Source: Giardia intestinalis (Eukaryota). From it: 64,000 nucleotides of DNA. The notes under the pieces are model-generated. The model worked only from the letters and a program-made list of their open reading frames with translations. It did no database searches and had not been told where the DNA came from. The DNA is taken from NCBI GenBank assembly GCA_000002435.2, contig CM018792.1. The stretch is one strand, 5' to 3'. This document shows positions 37,101-43,204 of the stretch, piece after piece (the first letter of the stretch is position 1; each line of letters starts with the position of its first letter). Both the position numbers and the translations under genes were made by a program.

Positions 37101-37682
37101 CTCTGCCTGGACGAATTTACTACGGGGCTCTCCGTTAACATCAAGCGAGCCGTATGGCAATCTGTGCTGGCAGTCATCACCGACATGCAGCTATCGGTTA
37201 TCTTGACCTCTCATGACATGCATGAGCTAGAATTCTTTTGCATGAACGTGTCTGTCTTGCATAGGGGAAGCATGGTGTATTCTGGGGAAACCCGTAAGTT
37301 GGGCTACAATTCTAAAAATGATGTCAGGAAGCACTCCACTCCTGCTTCCCAGTGTATTGTTCAACTACGATGTACAGAGGAGGAAGCACCACGACTCTTG
37401 CATCTCTTTTTCCAGCAGTTCGAGAGCAGTGTCCGTGGAACCAGCATGTCTAAGAAAGAGCACTCGATGGATAAAGAAGAGGCTGTTCTTCTTTGCATTC
37501 GCGTTTCTCTTACAAGCGCATTGTCACTAACAGATGTGCTTAGCGTTTTATGCACAACCCTGTCTTCCTACAAGTGGCTCATTGGGTTCTCTAAGCTGGA
37601 AGACAGCTTTCTACACACAGTGTCTGCGGACGCAATCGATGTGCCGGCAGTGAAACAGATCTGCAGTACAGAACAACACTGA
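31140..37682 (+). CDS. ABC transporter, ABCA-like full transporter (TMD-NBD-TMD-NBD)
   Basis: 2180 aa. There are two nucleotide-binding domains: NBD1 has Walker A LLGTNGAGKSS, signature LSGGMRRRLSL and Walker B VVFMDEVSTGLD, and NBD2 has Walker A GLSGSGKTT, signature LSGGMRRRASL and Walker B ILCLDEFTTGLS. Each follows a block of multiple hydrophobic helices with a large extracytoplasmic loop after the first TM, which is typical of the ABCA subfamily. Confidence 0.9.
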   Translation: MPDSKVKLRHSFKTVFAYESISLKRDPVILAVVLLTPALMALVLHWLLFYILNANLIASEVALPVYLPLEKLNLSLERFRLGASYTAPVLFYYSPATEKAERLAFEIIDSISTYNRGLLARRSIKDTAGFYSTLTEAHYPMFYRAFDSPEEMSKYFSVPIFHSTNCSYRSYDATTLEDLIAQHAALNCTGTMIVTPDTYARYNLTEEYVQEHPAELFQPALFALDFSEIDAGGNVIIYYNSTLFSQLKDPLTKYLAKDFYSTTGTVFYLAVQRAVYVLNVYGDMGLRQNASSSSYDLPLLTSVPVPERIIPQIYPSQSGTFITVLSVVALSVVSTTFAARDRGKGHSTLRLLGVSEGVYWFVRWISTVVMSFFSSVILVLTCYCSHILPLAGFTVGFLLLLAFLLTLHTAGFSLFLSALLGRSGIIMPLVASLLIGILCGAVVTATFRLTYNTGSVLDPTIMPSPLTWILSLLFPSFNIQHIFDFMMLVLDDSLRGKFVSITSSTRKDPASLLACGMKCYADPEYANSVYLGELVGAKQSALDSSVTGFSVRTYTVPSAAIFCMLLAIQCIAYTLLAVVLGYSLSEPMYRGINLIKVLHQALRYKRYRRKHMRSESSNTSSAVSVACQNLQVAYGFGRRKLIAVDNFTFIARKGSILALLGTNGAGKSSVMAVFAGEKAPTKTSEPVLVNDYDMRSDYEALLARGCIGKCPQHNQNVFESFTVLDNIYLCALYRGALDTTRACMKHSEPKMGSENVINSSSPAILDDEIQSRFAGTNARLELFSNYAAMLNLDSSALRKRAEALSGGMRRRLSLLNATIGLCDGVVFMDEVSTGLDPLTCRSLHDYIRYVANQQRNTIILTTHNMADVEALASGVVLMKHGVTVAQGTVDEICSTLDCYNITLYASSVTSSRPGPVIAHPCFPQQCKEVSHKVSVKITEIIPDSDCSCVDLVLNSRTLYTFRLSGKAMPYLPCVSQYLDSILGFFDAISSFSIETATLDDTFVELAADKDVTEYSSSAPVTLYKSNAKHLHPRVSYSGASGRVTIDDVREEDSKNFLSTKSSFWRTVAAGLLRLCILEVRMLKLGFLPSIVIFFVAAMAVVAVSKGLIVSLSSFADSSMQTLLEKQKLETLMECLSCCNPLYRDTVVSGLIAAGRSDLAQNDTYVDGIVFISCSATRPSGCFSDSTDSFYVPSSCQSFLMLYGWDVMNPRTRTTGTSALWPYFTNNEVPHYLIASNEPLVEATLHASSQNAVVELSTYNTFSPTCLEFLQICANGCKVAAALLDSESSGLYNTTLCQKLCDEIGYGIAPASGSQNRDHASPYTGVCSSMKTCSGVVLNQSLHAEDVFLRNLQLQKESLRFSYLDLQDHSTTSPLAEERNRAYYMHLAHEKYAQQSPFLFFNWTPGGLTTYGILPDTAGGDYSYSSMEAQVQLPYGLTQNISLYPKELAGLYPDNANFVQLANVTEPVGDEYLRMRGFQSQNDFTSLLSTAFPDRYLTEPVNAYTSIVSLVLHMRFETQRINSINNATEYVFRDQSVPFFSSTVQAMPYVADTHINFFGAQLISSISFLLLPPVFMAPILYVSISILREQESQMAKMLKLHSISKELQVFTIILYYLVASLLSVILAVVVGLILNISSFRKTGGYMASMLIGLSYSSAVVGAWIARILRDPKVAAFVACCFILICFMISVFLTDINPICIVISPLYFLVFLQKGTILTNLSTSWLDFVIGFFITTTQLIIVLNKGWLSYVDGISESSVVDSESEVLDSSTGVAIRTPLEGVGGESTLTQLITDPSKMDKPCPSLYESHLMDADVALETLFQAHSTDEIKLHVANLSHHYGKQHVLKRVGLDIRNGEISGLVGLSGSGKTTLINCLADIVVPDTGTALLRHASGTADLLSTGKASGSDKLPAPLSLIPQDDLLYPGLTIMDHLRLFAPLYGYKHSGIYVNGLLTTLSLFAHRHKRIRELSGGMRRRASLIIALLGCRHILCLDEFTTGLSVNIKRAVWQSVLAVITDMQLSVILTSHDMHELEFFCMNVSVLHRGSMVYSGETRKLGYNSKNDVRKHSTPASQCIVQLRCTEEEAPRLLHLFFQQFESSVRGTSMSKKEHSMDKEEAVLLCIRVSLTSALSLTDVLSVLCTTLSSYKWLIGFSKLEDSFLHTVSADAIDVPAVKQICSTEQH

Positions 37683-37684
37683 GT

Positions 37685-40600
37685 CTAAACAAACACCGGA
37701 GGCACCTTAGTCACTCCCTTTTTGTCTTGCCATGCTGGAGACACCAAGACCTTGTCACTATCAGTTGAGCTCCTTTCATAGCCTTCGTAAAACTCCTTGT
37801 TAGAGTCTGGAACAATGTGTAGCTGGTGAACAAATAGATGCATGTACTGAAGGCACGATAGCCAGATGACATCCATGTACTCATAGGAGGACGGGACGTT
37901 CAGAGCTTGACTGGCGTAGCTTGTGTTGCGAGTAAACACACGCGGAAACACTGTGAAAAACAGGGGCTTCATGAGCTTAATTATGTACAGTTCCAGCTTC
38001 TTGCTCCACTTCATGAGGATTTGAGAGTACGCTATTTCTAGAAACTGTATCATCTTTTCGGCCGGTATCTGCTTTATAAATGGATTGGCTCTCAGAAAAC
38101 GCAGGACGATGGGATTTACCAGCCCGCTTGTTACAATCTTCTCGTGTATCGTATCGATACCATCCTCACAGAGAAGCTCAGTAAGACAGTTGGTCTCACG
38201 CACGAAGATATTCTCGAGAGACAGCGGTTCCTCGTCCTCATCTACTACGCTGTTTTTTCGACAGACACTCGCGGTACTTACAGACTGCTGCATAATAGAG
38301 AGAAACGAGTAGCCATCAATATCAAGATTCAGGCCTGCAGTGTTGTCAAATAGGATGTCGAAGATGTTCAACTTGAAAAACTGTGTGATGAAGTCCACAA
38401 CGCTGATAAACATGGTTAAGAGAGTAGGGTAGTCATCACGGGTCAGCGTTCGGTAGTTGTCTGGACGTGTACTGAAGGCGTGCAATGTATCGTTGTTAAC
38501 AAATGCCTGGGGGACTTTCTCTGCAGACATGTAGCATCCAGAGTTTAGTAAAGAAAAGAGTGTGGACAAGTATGTGCTTGTCTTTTGAAGTGATGGAATA
38601 GACGGAGAGGCGATTATGGGCCCCGAAAAGGAAAAGGTCTTGATAAAATGGTCTAGTGAGGTATTGAAGCTTGCCATGTTTGGCACCTGTGGCTGTCTGG
38701 GTACTTTGGCTTTAGTGGTACGAGGAGACAGTGACACCGGGAGGCTAGCAGAAAGATCCCCGCACGACGAGCTGGGTTTGAGAGACGACGGGGCTCGTGG
38801 AGGCTGTGCATGTATTGCTGCTGATTTGGGCCTAGGAGGTAAGGGCGGCATACTAGACGTCATGGGATTCCGAGCGGGGAGCGGCGAGACCCCACTTGGA
38901 GCTGGGATGCTATCAGAAAGAATAGATGTCTTTGGCTGCGCTTGTCGACTAAGAGCACTGGTCAGCATCTTCCTTATCTCGTCACGAACACTTTTAATTT
39001 CATCCACCGCATCTGTGCGATCTCTTGAAGCACCGTCGATGAAAGAGTCACAAATCCTCAGCTCTTTGAGCTCGCGTATCTCCTTGAGCTCGCGTGAATC
39101 CTGGATTCGGCGAATCTTTGGCGGCTCTGCTGGATCAGCTGGATCATAGAGTCCATCTGTAGGAACAAATGCAGCTGGTATCCCACTCAGCGGATCTACT
39201 CCCAGACCTTCTGTTGCGCAGAGAGCTTCCACCATCGACTCTAGACGTGCAAACCGCAAATCAAAGTACTCATATGCATGCCGATAGGTCGATAGTTCCT
39301 GTAGTATGACCGTTTCAACATATGTTTGGCGCTCCAGAAGGTTGTGCAGGGTTGTGGAGATATCGGTGATTGCTGAGCCGAGACCCTGGCTGAGACCAAG
39401 GTGCTGCACAGATGCATTCAGACTATCTGTATCAATGGACCGTTTTAACTGGTGGATGGTCAGTGATTTCTGCTGGTCATTCTGTGGAGTTTGAATCCGA
39501 CCTATGCTTTCAGAAAGTATGTGTTCATTCACGGTGTGACTATCGCAGTAAGAAATCTGCATCTGAGGTGGCATCTGTAGGTCCGACCCTGTAATGCTCG
39601 GCACAGTCCCTGCCAACGCGACATTTGTGCTGATAGATATACCAAGACTGTCATCCCCTGGAGGCACAGATGCCTGGGAATCAAGCTCTAGGGCGACAGA
39701 CGGTCTCAGCGTGGATGCTGTACCTTCTAGAGGCGTGATAGCTGGAAGAACGTCGCTTGCAAGGGTGTCAACACTCCCAGTGGCTATGACATTAGATGAA
39801 TCTATATCTGCTGCCAACTGGAGATGAGGCTCAAAGTCTAGGGTACGCACCCGCTCCTTAAACACACTAATATCTGGGCCCTCGGTGTTTGCCAAGAAGC
39901 TCTGAACGGTAATGGCAGAAGCGTCCATATCGACCTCTGATAGACCAGAGATAAGCTCTGCCACGGGCAGGTCCTTGTAGATTTCGTATCTAGTGAAATC
40001 GGAAAAGACGACTTCGTTTCTGCTGAAGAAGTACGGCATGCCTCTCCTCTTGCTATTGTTGAAGAGCACATTGTTTATCCGTGCGCTCAGATCCTTAACG
40101 AGATATTTGCTATATTTGTAATTGCGACAATCTAGGTCAATTATGTAATTATTAAAAATAAATCTTATAAGAATAGGCATTTCTCTTAGACTTCCCTTGT
40201 ATGGAGACGTTCCTGTCAAGCTGGACCTGTCAACGGCTGTTGAATAGATGAGTGTCAATGGTACCTTGGTGGAGAAGGAAAACTTAGGGATAAGGGTGTA
40301 CTCCCCGAGTATCTTTTCAAGAAGAAACACGGTGTGAACTTCAGCTAAGCCACTGAGAGCTTCAGAGGGATCTGCGGTGTCTTCATTCAAGCAGACCTTA
40401 TATTTCACTGTTTGAATTAAATAGATGCATTCGTTGCATGCCAGGAGTTTTGCAGAAATAGGCGCGTCGGTGAGCTTCATGTTTTTCGGTATAACAAAGC
40501 CTTGTGCGTGCAGGCTGCCAGTGGAAACAGCCTGCACGTTACTTAGCATCGGCTTCCGGTCTTTGCCAAATTTCCACTCAAAAATAGTGAGCTTTGAGTC

Positions 40601-40915
40601 TGCGTTTAGAACACCGACGAGATGATTCGTGTGGCAGGCATCTAACCACTGTTCATTGAAGCGAGGAACAGCGAGCTCGCGGACAATAATAGAGTCCAGA
40701 GGCTCCTCCATTCTGCATGTGATCAGATAGAGACGTTGCTGCCTCTTATCGACTATGAAAACCATGGTCAATCCGTGAGACACTAAAACGTCGTTGATGG
40801 AGATCCGGACTTCGTTCTCAAAGGAGTAGTTGAAGATACCGGGTGCTCGGGTCTTCAGACGCAGGACGCCTAAGTGCTCCTTGACAACCAGGATCTCATT
40901 CCTTAAAACAAACAT
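37685..40915 (-). CDS. hypothetical large protein (~1076 aa)
   Basis: The track start at 40930 is a TTG, and the first ATG is at 40915 (MFVLRNEILVV...). It has a Ser/Pro-rich low-complexity middle and a structured C-terminal region. No family was assigned. Its stop codon (plus-strand cta at 37685-37687) lies 2 nt from the ABC transporter stop. Confidence 0.55.
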   Translation of the reverse strand: MFVLRNEILVVKEHLGVLRLKTRAPGIFNYSFENEVRISINDVLVSHGLTMVFIVDKRQQRLYLITCRMEEPLDSIIVRELAVPRFNEQWLDACHTNHLVGVLNADSKLTIFEWKFGKDRKPMLSNVQAVSTGSLHAQGFVIPKNMKLTDAPISAKLLACNECIYLIQTVKYKVCLNEDTADPSEALSGLAEVHTVFLLEKILGEYTLIPKFSFSTKVPLTLIYSTAVDRSSLTGTSPYKGSLREMPILIRFIFNNYIIDLDCRNYKYSKYLVKDLSARINNVLFNNSKRRGMPYFFSRNEVVFSDFTRYEIYKDLPVAELISGLSEVDMDASAITVQSFLANTEGPDISVFKERVRTLDFEPHLQLAADIDSSNVIATGSVDTLASDVLPAITPLEGTASTLRPSVALELDSQASVPPGDDSLGISISTNVALAGTVPSITGSDLQMPPQMQISYCDSHTVNEHILSESIGRIQTPQNDQQKSLTIHQLKRSIDTDSLNASVQHLGLSQGLGSAITDISTTLHNLLERQTYVETVILQELSTYRHAYEYFDLRFARLESMVEALCATEGLGVDPLSGIPAAFVPTDGLYDPADPAEPPKIRRIQDSRELKEIRELKELRICDSFIDGASRDRTDAVDEIKSVRDEIRKMLTSALSRQAQPKTSILSDSIPAPSGVSPLPARNPMTSSMPPLPPRPKSAAIHAQPPRAPSSLKPSSSCGDLSASLPVSLSPRTTKAKVPRQPQVPNMASFNTSLDHFIKTFSFSGPIIASPSIPSLQKTSTYLSTLFSLLNSGCYMSAEKVPQAFVNNDTLHAFSTRPDNYRTLTRDDYPTLLTMFISVVDFITQFFKLNIFDILFDNTAGLNLDIDGYSFLSIMQQSVSTASVCRKNSVVDEDEEPLSLENIFVRETNCLTELLCEDGIDTIHEKIVTSGLVNPIVLRFLRANPFIKQIPAEKMIQFLEIAYSQILMKWSKKLELYIIKLMKPLFFTVFPRVFTRNTSYASQALNVPSSYEYMDVIWLSCLQYMHLFVHQLHIVPDSNKEFYEGYERSSTDSDKVLVSPAWQDKKGVTKVPPVFV

Positions 40916-40965
40916 TGTCTTGAAATTCAATGTTCCAATTTTTTGAATTTATTCTTTCTATGAGG

Positions 40966-41529
40966 CTATGGCTTGGTGAACGATATGTGAAATGTGATGT
41001 TTGGGTTTGGTTCATCAAGCACATTGTACGCCAAGATCTTGGTCCTGAAGCCACAGCAAGTCAAAAAGCCTTCAACGAGCCCCGCCACGAACATAGAGGG
41101 AAGCGCCCCGCCGTAGTTGGGGGGATAGGACGTATAGTATTCCAAAACTGGCCACTCGTCGACAAGGTAGTACTCCAAATCCTCTGTTGCTGGCTTTTTA
41201 ATGTCTGCTGCCGGCTTCCCAAAAAGAATGGGCCACACGGTCTCCTTAAGATAGTAAAGAACCGTGTCCGGTCGTGTAAGCTTGCAAACGGTGTCCTGGG
41301 TCTTTGAGCGCATTCTGTCCAGCATGCGGACGTATGTCCAGAGTGGGCGCCCAGCATCTACGCCAAGCTTGGACATCTTGTTCTCTATCTCCTCCACGGT
41401 TTTGCAGGTCCGCTGCGCATATTGAAAGTACTCGTTTAGTAGACACACCATAGAGGACAGCGGAACCGTTGCAGGGGACTCTGCAACTCCCTGCTCCAAT
41501 GCCCGCGTGAAGGTGTCTTGGAGAGCCAT
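40966..41529 (-). CDS. TRAPPC5: TRAPP complex subunit Trs31/TRAPPC5 (Bet3-fold)
   Basis: 187 aa. VWPILFGKPAADIKKPATEDLEYYLVDEWPVLEYYTSYPPNYGGALPSMFVAGLVEGFLTCCGFRTKILAYNVLDEPNPNITFHISF aligns with TRAPPC5 (LWKTLFGKEADKLE...YIIEREPLINTYISVPKE...CASFTAGIVEAVLTHSGFPAKVTAHW....TLMIKF). Confidence 0.72.
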   Translation of the reverse strand: MALQDTFTRALEQGVAESPATVPLSSMVCLLNEYFQYAQRTCKTVEEIENKMSKLGVDAGRPLWTYVRMLDRMRSKTQDTVCKLTRPDTVLYYLKETVWPILFGKPAADIKKPATEDLEYYLVDEWPVLEYYTSYPPNYGGALPSMFVAGLVEGFLTCCGFRTKILAYNVLDEPNPNITFHISFTKP

Positions 41530-41562
41530 GTATTTTTACCGGGTTGGAGTTGGATTGAAGAG

Positions 41563-43065
41563 TCACAAAACCTTGCCCCGTAGGACAAGAAGAAGTCCAG
41601 AAAGCGATGCTGATAATACGCTCAGCATATTAACAGCTGTGTTAGATAATCGCAGTTTGCCCTGCCTCAGAGAAACGGCGCCACGGATACCCTCATTCCT
41701 ACCCAGCCTTCCATCTTGTAAGACACGGTTTTCTTGAAAGAGTGACCCTAGAAGAGAATCTGTAAGAGATCCTTGTATCCCTAGACAAAAGATATAGACG
41801 GCTTCGGGAAATGGTCTTCCTCCCTGCAGGCACCAAAGATATGCAATGGCTCCCGCACCAATAATAGATGCAACAGTCCCACAAAGAGACATGCCGCCGT
41901 CTGTGCCTGGAGGTGCAAGCTTGAGTCTTCCCAGGACAAAGACTCTGGACTCAGGCTTCGCTAGGCCCAGGCCAACCTCAGATGCCAAGGTATCAGCAAA
42001 TGCTTCTGCATAGTTAATGAACGTGAGAAAGAGAAAAGTCTGACGGTGTTGTCTCGGATATATGCGGGATATTAAGGAGCAAACCAGCCCTACATAGGAG
42101 TTGGAAAGAACCTGATATGCATTTCTGATAAATACATCAGCCACGAAGGTGGAGATGCGGTGCTTAAAAACTTTAGAGGCAAATAGGCTGCCGATGACAA
42201 AAAGAAATAGAGGGGTTAAGAATTCATAGCCGGCCAGCGCATGTGCAAAGAACACAAGGATTCCAGCCCGAGCCCCGTGAACAGTCAGATAATGTCTGGC
42301 TACACACAGCTCACCCATCAGGATAATAGCCCAAATAACACAGAACTTATAATAAGAATCAGCGATAATGTAATATCGCAGAACAAAGATCCCTATGAAG
42401 ACAGTTGTATTATCCCACTCGCCAGATATACGCAGAGCCTCAATGATCCCGGCAGAGACGGCGATAATGATCATCTGTGTCACGTTGAGGCCCAAATTAA
42501 GACCGAGAAAACTTTGAGATAGATAAAGACCAAGCATTGCTCCGCCGCATCCTACAAGCATACCTACAACTGTTTTTGCAGAGTCAGGCGCTCGGTAGCG
42601 CCGCCACCCAGAGGGGAAGAATGCAACTAATGAGGACAGCCCATCTCCAAACACGAGGCAAATCAAGCCCACGACACACACACGCCCGATGCTTCTGTTC
42701 CTTGTGTAGAGGAAGTTTGTTACTCCAGACCAGATCCCATATTCCAGTAAGGCGTGCTGTTTGATGATATTTTTCTTGTTCAAGCCCACTGAAACAGATC
42801 GGAGCCATGAGGTGTTCGCAAAGATGTAGAGTAAAATCCCAAATGCTATTGGCAACGCTGCTGATACCGAGGCTGCACCGATAGTCTGTGGGAGCACTGC
42901 AAGATGACATAGGTTCCCTGCCCCCGCCATCACGTGCAGACACCGCCTAGGTAATCCGCGAGGCATGACCTTCTGCAAGAGCACTAAAGTGCTGAGTAAT
43001 AAGCATACAAATGCCAGAAGAAGAGCGAGTGGTCTAACCGCCCCTTCTACGGGGAAACCCCCCAT
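41563..43065 (-). CDS. polytopic membrane protein with a CTP-dependent polyprenol-kinase-like motif (candidate dolichol kinase or DUF92/TMEM19-like)
   Basis: The track start at 43083 is a GTG, and the first ATG at 43065 is preceded by AAATTAAAA (MGGFPVEG...). There are about 10-12 hydrophobic helices. The motif VFGDGLSSLVAFFPSG...(13 aa)...SAKTVVGMLVG resembles the GD..AS..G...KT.EG signature of dolichol kinase, phytol kinase and CDS-family enzymes. The later Gly-rich motifs DGGMSLCGTVASIIGAG and RGAVSLRQG are reminiscent of DUF92. Confidence 0.55.
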   Translation of the reverse strand: MGGFPVEGAVRPLALLLAFVCLLLSTLVLLQKVMPRGLPRRCLHVMAGAGNLCHLAVLPQTIGAASVSAALPIAFGILLYIFANTSWLRSVSVGLNKKNIIKQHALLEYGIWSGVTNFLYTRNRSIGRVCVVGLICLVFGDGLSSLVAFFPSGWRRYRAPDSAKTVVGMLVGCGGAMLGLYLSQSFLGLNLGLNVTQMIIIAVSAGIIEALRISGEWDNTTVFIGIFVLRYYIIADSYYKFCVIWAIILMGELCVARHYLTVHGARAGILVFFAHALAGYEFLTPLFLFVIGSLFASKVFKHRISTFVADVFIRNAYQVLSNSYVGLVCSLISRIYPRQHRQTFLFLTFINYAEAFADTLASEVGLGLAKPESRVFVLGRLKLAPPGTDGGMSLCGTVASIIGAGAIAYLWCLQGGRPFPEAVYIFCLGIQGSLTDSLLGSLFQENRVLQDGRLGRNEGIRGAVSLRQGKLRLSNTAVNMLSVLSASLSGLLLVLRGKVL

Positions 43066-43204
43066 TTTTAATTTCAGTTCCACCGTACCACTTGTGGGTG
43101 CCTAGGTGGACGCCAACTTCTGAGGGTCCCACAGCAGAAACACTATGCTAGAATTATTCGTTGAACGAGGAGAAATAAAAAACTCATTCACATAGGACTT
43201 CGTG

